This document shows, piece by piece, positions 9,270 through 21,466 of a stretch of DNA of 64,000 nucleotides (position 1 is its first letter; each line of letters starts with the position of its first letter). Under the pieces are notes generated by a model that saw only the letters and a list, made by a program, of their open reading frames with translations, was not told where the DNA came from and did not search any database. The stretch covers positions 288,001-352,000 of the forward strand of contig OY759599.1 in NCBI GenBank assembly GCA_963662465.1, given 5' to 3'. Both the position numbers and the translations under genes were made by a program. The DNA is from Desulfatiglandales bacterium. Its GTDB lineage: Bacteria > Desulfobacterota > DSM-4660 > Desulfatiglandales > Desulfatiglandaceae.

Positions 9270-10088
9270 CTACGGACGATGAGCCATCTCCGCTAGTTTA
9301 ACAGCGAGACGCCGAACTGCCGCCATATAATCTGAAAACCCTCGGGCTAGGATGTCATTATGGTTGGCGCCGGGGATTTTAAGCAGTGTTTTATCAGGGG
9401 CGGGGCAGGCATCAAACAGGGCTTGTCCGTCGGAAAAGGGAATGATGTGGTCATGCTCCGCGTGAATGATCAGGGTGGGTTTTGAAAAGGTCTTTATTTT
9501 TGATACGTTTTTAAAGCCCACCCCCTCATCCAACCCTATGGCCCCGGAATTGATGCCCAGAAGGCGAAGAAGTGGACCGGCAAAGGCAAACCCGCTTTCA
9601 ATGATCAGACCGTCCATCTGATCTTCGTAGTGAAACGCAAGTTCGAGGGCTGATGCACTGCCCAGAGATCTTCCCATGATGATCAAAGGGCCTGTATGAC
9701 CGGTGGCGGCACGCTGTTCCTTCACGAAGTGAAAAATCCGGTGGCAGTCCCGCATCATGGTGGTAACGGTGGGTTGCCCCGTTGACCGTCCGTAGCCCCG
9801 ATAATCAACAGGCAGAAAGTTGATGCCGTTATGGTTGTAGAAAGTCGCTATTTCATCATAGTCCGACACGATTTCGCCATTCCCGTGAAAAAAAAGGATT
9901 GTAGGTGCGTTTTTTGCGCACAGATGTGCCCTGGCGCCCACCACGATGTGATCTTCGACGGGAATGAGAATGTCTTCTCCGCCATTTTGATCTCCGGCGT
10001 TGTTCCATCCTTGTCTCGGGTGAAAGAGATGCATGAGGATCTCCGGATGATCCAACCCTGAGTAATCGGTTTCAATATTTTTTTTCAT
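9270..10088 (-). CDS. Alpha/beta hydrolase
   Basis: FFHGNGE, DYRGYG, GRSLG nucleophile, D and H (GANHND) triad. Confidence 0.9.
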   Translation of the reverse strand: MKKNIETDYSGLDHPEILMHLFHPRQGWNNAGDQNGGEDILIPVEDHIVVGARAHLCAKNAPTILFFHGNGEIVSDYDEIATFYNHNGINFLPVDYRGYGRSTGQPTVTTMMRDCHRIFHFVKEQRAATGHTGPLIIMGRSLGSASALELAFHYEDQMDGLIIESGFAFAGPLLRLLGINSGAIGLDEGVGFKNVSKIKTFSKPTLIIHAEHDHIIPFSDGQALFDACPAPDKTLLKIPGANHNDILARGFSDYMAAVRRLAVKLAEMAHRP

Positions 10089-10116
10089 GGAAAACCTCTC
10101 CTTGAAAGTTTAGGCC

Positions 10117-11796
10117 CAATACCCGTGAATGAATTGGCTTCACTTTTTCTGAGGCCAATCCTCAGTAAAGATAATCGTCAAAATAAAAAGAAATTCTATA
10201 TAAAAGCGAGAAAAAACGATCTAATAAGGCCATACGGCTGATTTTAGCGAATAATGCCGCAATACGGAGCGGGACATTCGCTTCATACTCGTTTAAACTC
10301 TGATGGGTTCATGTAAAGACCAACTAATCAGAAAACTTAGACGAGGATAGAGTCATGATCAAAAGGGTTTCAGAAATTTTTTCCAAAATTGAAAGTGATT
10401 TTGAGTTTGCTCCTTTTGAAAAAATTATTCAACCGATCATTGAGGATGCTCTCAAAGAACATCAGAAAGACAAATACAGGAAAGGCACGATTCTGACGCC
10501 GGTTGTTTTGGTTTGGCTATGCTTTGCATTAGCTTTGCGTCGAAACTTGAATTACGACAAAACTTTGAACTGGCTGGTCGCCGGTATGCGCTGGAAGGAT
10601 TTGGATTTCCATGGAAAATTTGTAAAAGCAGGCACGATTAGCCATGCTCGATCCAAAATGGGAATTGACGTCTTTCGTACCATTTTTTACAGATTTGCTT
10701 CGACTTTCAAAGACATTGAACCTCCTGATTTTCATGGAATGAGAACCGCTATGTTTGATGGTACCTCCTTGACAATGCCGGACACTGAAAGCAATTGGCA
10801 AAAGTTTGGAAAACACAACTCGGGAAGAGGCTACGGCGCATTCCCGCAAATGAGATTGGTTGCATTAATGGGTCTGACTGCCCGTCGAATTATAGATATT
10901 GCTTATGCTCCCTACAAAGGAAAAAAGACCGGCGAAAGAACCTTGATGTTTCAAATCCTGAAAAGATGTTCAATAGAAAGCGCATTATTGCTTTTTGATG
11001 CTGGATTTTACTCATTTGATTTGGCCAATTATATGTTCGAGAATGGGATTCAACACATTATGAAAATAGCAAAATCGGGAAAATTAAAACCAATTCCTGG
11101 TTCCCAAATGCTTGACGGCAGTTATCTGAGCAAAATTGACGGGAAAATCGTTGAATCGGAAGACCCGAAAACCGGCCGGAAAAAATGGAAAAAGGTTGAA
11201 ATAATCGTTCGTGTAATTCATTTCCAAATTCCAGGTTTTCGACCTGTACGTTTAATTACAAGCCTCTTGGATTCAGATATCAGCGCAAAAGAGATTGTCA
11301 CCCATTATCATAAGCGCTGGGATATAGAAATTGCTTTTGATGAAATTAAAACTCATCAGTGCGCTACTCTTAAAGGGCAAATGCCGACCATAATTCGTAG
11401 TAAACGCAGTGATTTGGTTGAACAGGAATTGTATTCAATAATGATCGTATACAATCTGATTCGCTCTTTGATCCAAGAAGCAACAAACATGGAAGGCGGT
11501 GATCCTTTGTTGATCAGTTTCGTAGATACTGTCGATCTTATCATACAAAGTGCCCCACTCATGAGTATGATAACGGGAAAGAGAAAAGAAAAGCGGTCTT
11601 TTCTGCTTAAAATGATCGCAGAATCAAAAATTGATAGACCACGCAGACCCAGACGTAATCCACGGGTCATAAAAGTAAAAATGTCTAATTTCAAACGAAA
11701 GCGTAGCAAGGATAAATCGCAAACCGTCCATTTCAATCAAGATGTGGAAGTCCTGTACAAAAAGGCAGCATGAACATCATTCATTCACGGGTATTG
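10117..11796 (+). mobile_element. IS4-family insertion sequence
   Basis: 18-bp TIRs CAATACCCGTGAATGAAT; 10-bp TSD AGTTTAGGCC at 10107-10116 and 11797-11806. Confidence 0.95.
10355..11773 (+). CDS. IS4-family transposase
   Basis: FDGTS, FDAGF and YHKRWDIEIAFDEIK (Y-R-E-K signature). Confidence 0.93.
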   Translation: MIKRVSEIFSKIESDFEFAPFEKIIQPIIEDALKEHQKDKYRKGTILTPVVLVWLCFALALRRNLNYDKTLNWLVAGMRWKDLDFHGKFVKAGTISHARSKMGIDVFRTIFYRFASTFKDIEPPDFHGMRTAMFDGTSLTMPDTESNWQKFGKHNSGRGYGAFPQMRLVALMGLTARRIIDIAYAPYKGKKTGERTLMFQILKRCSIESALLLFDAGFYSFDLANYMFENGIQHIMKIAKSGKLKPIPGSQMLDGSYLSKIDGKIVESEDPKTGRKKWKKVEIIVRVIHFQIPGFRPVRLITSLLDSDISAKEIVTHYHKRWDIEIAFDEIKTHQCATLKGQMPTIIRSKRSDLVEQELYSIMIVYNLIRSLIQEATNMEGGDPLLISFVDTVDLIIQSAPLMSMITGKRKEKRSFLLKMIAESKIDRPRRPRRNPRVIKVKMSNFKRKRSKDKSQTVHFNQDVEVLYKKAA

Positions 11797-11971
11797 AGTT
11801 TAGGCCTATGGAGGGTTATCTCCTAAATTTGGTGAGATAGCCATGGCATTTTTGATCGAAATGGCATAAAATCTTAAAGGCTGAGAAGGTTGTGCTGATT
11901 TTTACGCCCAATGCCCCTTTTGTCAAGGGTTACCGATATCATAACCTCTAATTTTTACAGGAGCGGAACAT

Positions 11972-13681
11972 TTGGAAAAACGCATACAAGGAAATGGTCC
12001 AAATATTAGAAACAATCATGGAATTTTGCCCCTTGACGGGGTCTTTTTGGATGATCTGCACCCCCTTTCAGGTGGAAAGGCTTTGGAGAGGGTTTTAAAT
12101 CACCCGGATCCTCCCCGTTTGATCCAAAGCATGAGCAGTGAGGATTTTTTATGGCTGGTCAAAAAGGTGGGTGTGGATGAATCTCTTGAATTGCTGGAAT
12201 TGGCTTCACTGGATCAATGGCAATATATTATTGATGTGGAATCGTGGGAAAAGGACCGTCTCGACCTGAACCGCACCGACCAATGGATGATGCGGTTGAC
12301 GATGGCGGATCCCGAGCGATTGGTGGAATGGCTGTATTCCGATGGGCAGGGCCTTGCTTACTATTACCTTTATCGAAGCATCGTGGTGGAAGCGATGGAA
12401 GGAAACGACCTTTATGACGTGGGCCCCGAATTTTTTACCATTGACGGGCTTTTCTACATTCGGGCACTGCGGGAAGACCAGCGGGGAACCATTGAAAAAC
12501 TGCTGCGAACCATGGCTGATAAGGACCTCCTCAAATACCATGCCCTTCTGATGGGTATGGCGGGGGTGCTGCCGGCGGAATCTGAAGAGGACATGTACCG
12601 CATGCGAAACATTCGTCTGGCGGAACACGGGTTTCTTCCCAGGGATGAGGCCATGGTGGTTTACGCTCCTCTGAAGCCGGAGCGCTTGAAAATGGATGCG
12701 CCAAGCGCTTCTGATCAGCCGGTTCCGGATGAAGATGACCTTGACCTTGTTCCCCGTTGGCCGCTTCAGTACATTCAGGGGGAAAACCTCTTGGCCAAAA
12801 CCATTGCAAGCCTTTCGGATGCAACGCTTTTGGATCGCATTCGCCTGGAGTTCGCCGGCCTTTGCAACCAGATCGTATCCGCTGAAGGTTTGGTGGACAG
12901 GGATGTGGATGATCTTCAGGAAATTCGCCTGCAAGCGGCCGGCTACTTGAATTTAATTTTAAAGGAGCGGTGCAGTGAAGATATTGTAACCGCCGAAAAG
13001 CTGTTAAGAATGAATTCTCTGTTGTCTCTGTTTCGCGCGGGTTTTGGTTTGGCCGTGGATTTGAAATGGAAAGCGGATCGGTGGTTAAAGACCTGCTGGT
13101 TTCACGAGGCCGGTTTTGAACCGTCCTTTTGGGGAGAGGAATGGGGCGGTATCCTCGAAGGTCTTTTGAAAAGGCTGCCCCTTTTCTATTGCGGAAGCGA
13201 GTCGGAGAATGGTTTCCGGCACTTTCAATCCTTATCGGAACTGTCATCCACCGCCGCGGTTCTGCGCCATCTGGATTGTTTGGACGGCCTCATGGCACGG
13301 TTGACAAAGCAACACCCTTTGGACGCTCCGGATTCCGGGCCCTTTGATTTAACCTTTTATCCGCTGCTTTTTACCTTGTGGGCCCGGCAACTGTTAGACA
13401 TGCGTCCCGGTTTTGATGCTATCTCCCTTGATCAGGCAAGAGCGTTTTTCTGCCTCCTCAGGGAAGGGGACACATCACCTCCCTACCGCATGTTCGGTTT
13501 CGAGGAACGGTTCCTGAAGGCCTTTGAAATGCCGAATTCGGGACCTGGGGACTGCCCTTCAGAAAATCTAAGAGAGGCCCTCTCCCTGGTCTGGCGTGAC
13601 TTCAGCAATGAAATGGGACAGGTGCCGACGGATGCCGTGGATGCGAAGTACAGCAAATATATTATGATTGCACCCAGTTGA
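11972..13681 (+). CDS. Conserved hypothetical protein (DUF6178-like)
   Basis: Long ORF; QWQYIIDVESW and E.MYRMR..RLAEHGF patterns; start uncertain. Confidence 0.65.
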   Translation: MEKRIQGNGPNIRNNHGILPLDGVFLDDLHPLSGGKALERVLNHPDPPRLIQSMSSEDFLWLVKKVGVDESLELLELASLDQWQYIIDVESWEKDRLDLNRTDQWMMRLTMADPERLVEWLYSDGQGLAYYYLYRSIVVEAMEGNDLYDVGPEFFTIDGLFYIRALREDQRGTIEKLLRTMADKDLLKYHALLMGMAGVLPAESEEDMYRMRNIRLAEHGFLPRDEAMVVYAPLKPERLKMDAPSASDQPVPDEDDLDLVPRWPLQYIQGENLLAKTIASLSDATLLDRIRLEFAGLCNQIVSAEGLVDRDVDDLQEIRLQAAGYLNLILKERCSEDIVTAEKLLRMNSLLSLFRAGFGLAVDLKWKADRWLKTCWFHEAGFEPSFWGEEWGGILEGLLKRLPLFYCGSESENGFRHFQSLSELSSTAAVLRHLDCLDGLMARLTKQHPLDAPDSGPFDLTFYPLLFTLWARQLLDMRPGFDAISLDQARAFFCLLREGDTSPPYRMFGFEERFLKAFEMPNSGPGDCPSENLREALSLVWRDFSNEMGQVPTDAVDAKYSKYIMIAPS

Positions 13682-13874
13682 CAATCTCCTGTTCCGAAAA
13701 ACAGCCGGTACGGGCTTTGCCCCAGAGCGAGAAGGTTTTTTCCGCCTGATAAGGTTTCAGGTGGGTATATCCGTCGTCCATGAATCGCTTTAAGGCGGAG
13801 ACCGGCAGGGAAGCACCTGCAACTTGAACGTTTTGGCCAACATTTTTTCCGGCAATCAGTTCTTCAATTTTCAT
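13662..13874 (-). CDS. Small hypothetical protein
   Basis: 70 aa with GGAGG RBS upstream. Confidence 0.6.
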   Translation of the reverse strand: MKIEELIAGKNVGQNVQVAGASLPVSALKRFMDDGYTHLKPYQAEKTFSLWGKARTGCFSEQEIVNWVQS

Positions 13875-14022
13875 AAAAAAACCTCCCTGTTCTAAGTTGA
13901 AAGTATTGGCATTTGCTTACCATGAAAATAGAGCCATTAGCTGTTAGCTATTAGCCGTTAGTTTAAAAGCGGTAGATGTTATTTCCATCCGCGGGGGTGG
14001 TAAAACCTTTTATCATGGGTGT

Positions 14023-14406
14023 TTATTCTTCAATCGCGGCATCGTTTGTTTTGGCATGTTTTTCCAGAGTGCCCGCATCGTAACCGGCTTTTTCGTAATT
14101 GTCGATAGCCCGCATTTTCAGTTGGTTGTCCTTGATTTTTTCCGAATGGGTGTCAGCCAGTTCGGCCGCATGACTCCACATCCCTTCCTTCTCATAGGAA
14201 GCGATTTTTCGGTTGATGCGCACATGCTCTTCCGAAGGCTCCATAACGGCCGATCGGCACCAGGAGATGATTTTTCTGACGCCCTGTCCGCAGGCGGGGC
14301 AGTGGGTAAGGGGGGCTTCATTGATTCCCTGGATAAATTCAAATCCTCCCCGGCACTTTTCACAGCTTCCGGCAAAATCCAACGGTTCATATTCATATAT
14401 GGGCAT
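14023..14406 (-). CDS. FmdB-family zinc-ribbon protein
   Basis: MPIYEY..CEKC...FE...CPACG. Confidence 0.8.
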   Translation of the reverse strand: MPIYEYEPLDFAGSCEKCRGGFEFIQGINEAPLTHCPACGQGVRKIISWCRSAVMEPSEEHVRINRKIASYEKEGMWSHAAELADTHSEKIKDNQLKMRAIDNYEKAGYDAGTLEKHAKTNDAAIEE

Positions 14407-14449
14407 GGTTGCAGCTTTCTTTTAGCGATCCTAAGTTACATAAAAAAGT

Positions 14450-16765
14450 TCACGGTATTTCAACCGATCTCCGCCATTGCGGTCCCTCTTGTGTATCGAT
14501 GACCTCAATCCCCATTTCTTCGATTTCCTTTCTCAGAATGTCGGCTTCGGACCAGTCTTTTCGGCTTCTGGCCAGTTCCCTTTTCGAAATGAGTGCGTCC
14601 ACTTCCGGATTCGCGGCGGGGGGCTTCAGATTTATAAACCCCAGGACCGAATTGATTCGCTTAAGGGCTGCCAGCAATTTTTCCCGGTCCGAAGGGGAAA
14701 GCCCTCTTTGATCCATCTTTTTGTTGACGATGCGGGTAAACCCGAAAAGGGCGGCCAGGCCCGCAGCCATGTTGAAGTCATCGTCCATGGCCGCCGCAAA
14801 CCCTTGCTTGAGGCCATAGATCGTCTGGTCAAGGTCGGGGTCCGTGGAGGCCGGTTTCGCAAAATGTATTTTTTGAACGAATTTGTCCAGATGAGCGATG
14901 GTATTTTTAACGGCGGAAAGCTTGGTATGGGAAAAAAAGATCGGTTTTCGATAGTGACGGCTGAGCAACCAGTATCGAATTTCTCTTCCCGTGTACCCTT
15001 CGGCCAGAAGGTCTCTAAGGGTCAGGTGAATGCTGTTTGATGCGTTGGGGCCGTTGAACATGACCGGTTCATTGTGAAGCCAGTAATTGGAAAGGGGCTT
15101 GTCGGTTGCGGCCTGGCTAATGGCGATGGCGTTTTCATGGTGGGGGAATGCCAGTGCGACCCCGCTGGTGTGGATGTCATGGGTGGAACCGAGGGTTTTG
15201 AGGGCAATGGCCGCACATTCAAGATGCCATCCCGGTCGCACATTTCCCCACTTTGTCTTAAAAAAGAGGCCGTTTTTCAGCTCATTGAGGGTGGATCTTT
15301 TCAGCAGGGTAAAATCTTTGGGGTTTTCTTTTTCGTATTGATCCAGGTCAACGGTTTTGCCGATTCTGATTTTATTGAGATCCACGTTGGAAAGTTTTCC
15401 ATAATTTTTGAAGCGGGAGATATCAAAGTATATGGACCGCAATTTTTCATAGGCATATCCCTTTTCAAGAAGCGTTTGGGTTAGTTCAATCATATCGTCC
15501 ACATGTTCGCTGGGCCTGGGATACTGGGACGCTTTTTTGATGTTGAGACTGTTTAGGTCTTCCATAAAGGAATTGTAAAACATATCGGTAAATTCCTTAA
15601 GTGAAACACCGGCCTTTTGAGCGCCTGAAATCGTGCGGTCATCCAGGTCCGTCACATTCATGATATGGGTGACGCCGTACCCTTTATAAGTCATGTAACG
15701 GCTGATCAAATCGGAAAAAAGCAGCCGCCTGCATTGTACGAGATCAATGACCTGGCAAAGGGTCGGGCCGCAAGAGTACAGGGTGACATGATTGTCTTTG
15801 ATGGGGATGAAATCCTCTTTTTTGCGGCTCATGGTATTGTACACCCGAAGCCCTGATTTTTTTCTGGCCATGAACAGGGGCGTGCTGAGGTATCTCTCTC
15901 CTCCGTCGGGCAAAATTACGATAATGCGGCCCCGTTCCATGTTCCGGGCGACCTTCAGGGCCACTGCCATGGCGGCCCCGGAACTCATTCCCACGAAAAT
16001 GCCTTCTTTCCGGGCCAGCATCCGAGAGGTCTCAAAGGCCTCTTCGTCTTCAATATTGATGATTTGGTCGGCTCTCTTTTTTTCAAATATCCCCGGCTGA
16101 TAGGACTCCTTCATGTTTTTGAGACCCTGAATTTTATGCCCCAGATAGGGTTCCACGCCGATGATCTGAACGGAAGTATCCAACTCCTTGAACCGCCTGG
16201 AAATGCCCATGAGAGTGCCGGTGGTTCCCATGGTGGCCACAATGGCATCCAAACGCCCCTCGGTTTGTTCCCATATTTCCATGGCCGTACCGTCATAATG
16301 GGCCATCCAGTTGGCCTCATTGTTAAACTGGTCGGCCAGCCAGAATTTTTCCGGGTTCTCACGGGCCAGGTTGTACACATGTTCAATGGCGCCGTCCGTT
16401 CCCAGATGCGCCGGGGTGAATTCTATTTCCGCGCCCAGGGCCGCAAGGATCTTGATGCGCTCTTCGCTGACCGCCTCCGACATGGTCAGCAGAATCTCGT
16501 ATCCCTTGACGGCGGCTACCATGGCCAGACCGATCCCCGTATTCCCACTGGTCGCTTCAAGAATGATTTTGCCTTTCTTCAGCGCCCCCGTTTTTTCGGC
16601 TTCTTCGATCATTTTCAAGGCTGGCCGGTCTTTGATGGAACCACCCGGGTTAACGCTCTCCAGTTTGGCCAGGATTTCAACATTTTCGTTGGCGCCAAGC
16701 CGGGTTATGGAAACCAGGGGGGTCTTGCCGATTTTGTCGAGAATATTATGGTATTGATGGGGCAT
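14450..16765 (-). CDS. Cysteine synthase (CysK/CysM) fused to a cysteinyl-tRNA-synthetase-like domain
   Basis: N: NPGGSIKDR, ATSGNTG, GTTGT, PDGGERYLS. C: YNTMSR, CGPT, RPGWHLEC, FPHHEN, DDFN. Start could be 16798. Confidence 0.9.
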   Translation of the reverse strand: MPHQYHNILDKIGKTPLVSITRLGANENVEILAKLESVNPGGSIKDRPALKMIEEAEKTGALKKGKIILEATSGNTGIGLAMVAAVKGYEILLTMSEAVSEERIKILAALGAEIEFTPAHLGTDGAIEHVYNLARENPEKFWLADQFNNEANWMAHYDGTAMEIWEQTEGRLDAIVATMGTTGTLMGISRRFKELDTSVQIIGVEPYLGHKIQGLKNMKESYQPGIFEKKRADQIINIEDEEAFETSRMLARKEGIFVGMSSGAAMAVALKVARNMERGRIIVILPDGGERYLSTPLFMARKKSGLRVYNTMSRKKEDFIPIKDNHVTLYSCGPTLCQVIDLVQCRRLLFSDLISRYMTYKGYGVTHIMNVTDLDDRTISGAQKAGVSLKEFTDMFYNSFMEDLNSLNIKKASQYPRPSEHVDDMIELTQTLLEKGYAYEKLRSIYFDISRFKNYGKLSNVDLNKIRIGKTVDLDQYEKENPKDFTLLKRSTLNELKNGLFFKTKWGNVRPGWHLECAAIALKTLGSTHDIHTSGVALAFPHHENAIAISQAATDKPLSNYWLHNEPVMFNGPNASNSIHLTLRDLLAEGYTGREIRYWLLSRHYRKPIFFSHTKLSAVKNTIAHLDKFVQKIHFAKPASTDPDLDQTIYGLKQGFAAAMDDDFNMAAGLAALFGFTRIVNKKMDQRGLSPSDREKLLAALKRINSVLGFINLKPPAANPEVDALISKRELARSRKDWSEADILRKEIEEMGIEVIDTQEGPQWRRSVEIP

Positions 16766-16937
16766 GATTTTTTTCGCTTTCCGTCGTCGTAAAACCATTC
16801 GGCCCGGAGGCCTGGATTGTTGATAACTTCTTGACCCTCGCTTATCGTCTTGTTAATGTGTTGCTCGGTCTTTTTGGCTTTTCATCAATTAAAAAACGGA
16901 ATATGCAATCCTACTTGCGATGACAGGAGAATTCAAA

Positions 16938-17894
16938 ATGAAAATACTGGTTACCGGCGGGGCCGGGTTTATCGGTTCCAATGTGGTGGACGGGTACATT
17001 CGAGCCGGACACGAGGTTTTGATCCTGGATAATCTTTACACCGGAAAGCGGTCCAACGTCAACCCACAAGCGCGATTCTATGAATTTGATATTCGTTCTC
17101 CTGAAGCCGCCAGGGTCATTGAACAAGAAAAACCCGATATTTTGAATCACCATGCCGCCCAGATGAGTGTGCCGGCATCCGTTGTGGATCCCGGTTTTGA
17201 TGCGGATGTCAACATCAAGGGCTTTTTGAATCTTCTGGAGGCGTCGGTAAAATCAGGTGTCAAAAAGGTCATTTTCATCTCCTCCGGCGGCGCCATATAC
17301 GGGGAGGCGGATGAATATCCCACATCCGAGATTTATGTTCCAAAGCCGCTTTCCCCTTATGCCATCACAAAATTTTCGTCGGAACATTATCTGGCATACT
17401 ACCGGTACCAATATGGCCTTGATTATACCACCCTTCGGTATGCCAATGTCTACGGCCCCCGTCAGGTTCCCCATGGAGAGGCGGGTGTGGTGGCCATTTT
17501 CATGGACAACCTGGTGGAAGGAGCCCCATCCATGTTGAATCATTTCCCGGAAGACGACAGGGGCATGGTGCGGGATTATTGCTTTGTGGTCGACGTGGTC
17601 AGGGCCAATCTTGCGGCGTTGAACTGGGGCAGCGGCGATTTCTTCAATATTGGTACAGGGCGCGGAACCAAAACCCTTGACCTTTATGAAATAATTCTGA
17701 GTGCATTAGCGGATATGGGCAGGCCCGCGGCCAAGGAATTGTATGAAATGAAAAAACAGCTGGCTCGGCCCGGGGATTTGAAAAGAAGCTGTCTGACGAT
17801 TCAAAAGGCAGCCGATGTTTTGAATTGGCAGCCGAAGGTTCAGCTGAAGGAGGGTATTCGTGAAACCCTACAATGGCGTCTGAACCGAAGTTGA
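16938..17894 (+). CDS. NAD-dependent epimerase/dehydratase (UDP-glucose 4-epimerase-like)
   Basis: GGAGFIG, YAITK, RYANVYGPRQ. Confidence 0.9.
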   Translation: MKILVTGGAGFIGSNVVDGYIRAGHEVLILDNLYTGKRSNVNPQARFYEFDIRSPEAARVIEQEKPDILNHHAAQMSVPASVVDPGFDADVNIKGFLNLLEASVKSGVKKVIFISSGGAIYGEADEYPTSEIYVPKPLSPYAITKFSSEHYLAYYRYQYGLDYTTLRYANVYGPRQVPHGEAGVVAIFMDNLVEGAPSMLNHFPEDDRGMVRDYCFVVDVVRANLAALNWGSGDFFNIGTGRGTKTLDLYEIILSALADMGRPAAKELYEMKKQLARPGDLKRSCLTIQKAADVLNWQPKVQLKEGIRETLQWRLNRS

Positions 17895-18268
17895 CCTAGG
17901 CGCTGAGTTCCCTTTCCATAATTTGTCCTGCCATGTTTTTTGGTCCTTGCCCTTGACATTCCCGGGGTCGATATTAATTTTCTGTGCAATGAGACCTACG
18001 ACTGCAACGCTTCATTTTTATTGCAATGTCAAGGGTCTCAAGAGATTTTCCTCTACCCATTTCAAAACAAAGGACCACGCAACCTTCGTCTGTTGACTTG
18101 TACCATGTCGCCTGGCGGAAGTATTCTGGAGGTCATTCACCGTTATCCGGCCGGGAGGAAATGAACAGGGTTGCCTGGAGGCGTTCAGGCGAGAGGATGT
18201 AGGGTTTTTTTTGGTGAACCATATGGCGTTTATGCAAAAACACACTATTTGATGAGGAGAAAAGAGAA

Positions 18269-18556
18269 ATGAAAGTAAAACCGTTGCATGACCGTGTTAT
18301 CGTAAAGAGAATTGAGGAAGAAGCAAAGACCAAGGGTGGCATTATTATTCCCGATACGGCCAAGGAAAAACCCGTTGAAGGCGTTATTTTGGCTGTCGGT
18401 GATGGGAAAGTGTCGGATGAGGGAAAGAAAATCGCCCTCGAAGTAAAGGTAGGCGACAAGGTTTTGTTTGGAAAGTATGCCGGTACGGAGATTCAGATCG
18501 ATGGGGAAGAACATCTGATCATGAGAGAAGACGATATCATTGCTGTCATAGAGTAG
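18269..18556 (+). CDS. groES: Co-chaperonin GroES
   Basis: KPLHDRV...[15 protein letters not shown]. Confidence 0.98.
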   Translation: MKVKPLHDRVIVKRIEEEAKTKGGIIIPDTAKEKPVEGVILAVGDGKVSDEGKKIALEVKVGDKVLFGKYAGTEIQIDGEEHLIMREDDIIAVIE

Positions 18557-18634
18557 ATATTTTCGAAAGCCTACTCCTAAATTTGGCGTAATAGCAGGAC
18601 CTTTAAAAATAATTTTCAAAGAGGAGAACTATAG

Positions 18635-20290
<1,656 letters not shown>

Positions 20291-20342
20291 ACAGCCATTC
20301 CATCGGCTCAAAGGTCCACACGGATTTTTGATGTATAAGATT

Positions 20343-20379
20343 GCGCCCGGGGAGATTTTTCCCCGGGCGCTTTTTTTTT
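20343..20379 (+). terminator. Rho-independent terminator after groEL
   Basis: GCGCCCGGGGA / TCCCCGGGCGC hairpin plus T9. Confidence 0.9.
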
Positions 20380-20497
20380 GCGCAAACGCGACGACGGCAA
20401 ACCCTATTCCGGGTTATCCGGCTTAAGGGGGTTTACTTATTACGCTATTTGCACTAAAAGTAGGAAGAAACGTAAACTTTTGAAGGAAAAGGCGGCT

Positions 20498-21466
20498 ATG
20501 GCATTTGAGGATCAAACGGTTTTGGTAACGGGTTCCGCGGGGTTTATCGGTTTCCATCTCTCTAGAAAACTGCTGGAAATGGGATATCATGTGGTGGGCG
20601 TGGACAACCTGAATCCCTATTATGATGTAAGCTTGAAAAAGGCACGGTTGAATTTGTTGATGCCCCATGATAATTTCCGGTTTTTCAAAGTGGACATCCA
20701 TGACCTCCAGGCCATGCGCCAGGTTTTCAGTCAACATAAAATCACCCGTATCTGCAATCTGGCGGCCCAGGCCGGGGTCAGATATTCCCTGAAAGATCCT
20801 TTTTCCTACCAGAAAAGCAATATAGAAGGGTTTTTGAACCTTCTTGAATTGGCTCGGGAGTTTCGGGTGGAAAATTTCGTTTACGCCTCTTCATCTTCCG
20901 TATATGGAAAAAACAAGAAGAATCCCTACCGCGTGGAAGACCGGGTCGATAATCCCATCAGTCTCTATGCGGCTACGAAAAAGGCCAATGAACTCATGGC
21001 CCATGCGTATAGTCACCTATTTGACATTCCCTGCACGGGTCTCAGGTATTTTACCGTATATGGTCCATGGGGTCGTCCCGATATGGCGCTTTTCCTTTTT
21101 ACGGATGCGATCCTGAATAACCGCCCCATCAATGTTTTCAACCATGGCAATATGCGGCGTGATTTTACTTATATTGATGATATCGTGGCGGGTACGGTGA
21201 GCGCTATTGAGCGGCCGGTCCCATACGAAATTTTTAACCTGGGCAACGCCGATTCAACGGCGTTGATGGATTTCATTCAGGTGATCGAGGCGGAACTGGG
21301 GCGGAAAGCGGAAAAAAACATGCTGCCCATGCAGCCGGGGGATGTCGCGGAAACGTCCGCCGACATTGCTAAATCCAGAGAACTGCTCGGGTTTAATCCC
21401 AAAACGCCCCTGAAAGAGGGGATCAGGGCGTTCATGGCCTGGTATCGGGAATACTACGGGGTCTAA
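20498..21466 (+). CDS. NAD-dependent epimerase (UDP-glucuronate 4-epimerase-like)
   Basis: GSAGFIG, LAAQAGVRYS, YAATK, YGPWGRPDMA. Confidence 0.9.
   Translation: MAFEDQTVLVTGSAGFIGFHLSRKLLEMGYHVVGVDNLNPYYDVSLKKARLNLLMPHDNFRFFKVDIHDLQAMRQVFSQHKITRICNLAAQAGVRYSLKDPFSYQKSNIEGFLNLLELAREFRVENFVYASSSSVYGKNKKNPYRVEDRVDNPISLYAATKKANELMAHAYSHLFDIPCTGLRYFTVYGPWGRPDMALFLFTDAILNNRPINVFNHGNMRRDFTYIDDIVAGTVSAIERPVPYEIFNLGNADSTALMDFIQVIEAELGRKAEKNMLPMQPGDVAETSADIAKSRELLGFNPKTPLKEGIRAFMAWYREYYGV

Noticed and set aside
17900..18268. CIRCE operator before groESL
   Set aside because: No TTAGCACTC-N9-GAGTGCTAA found.
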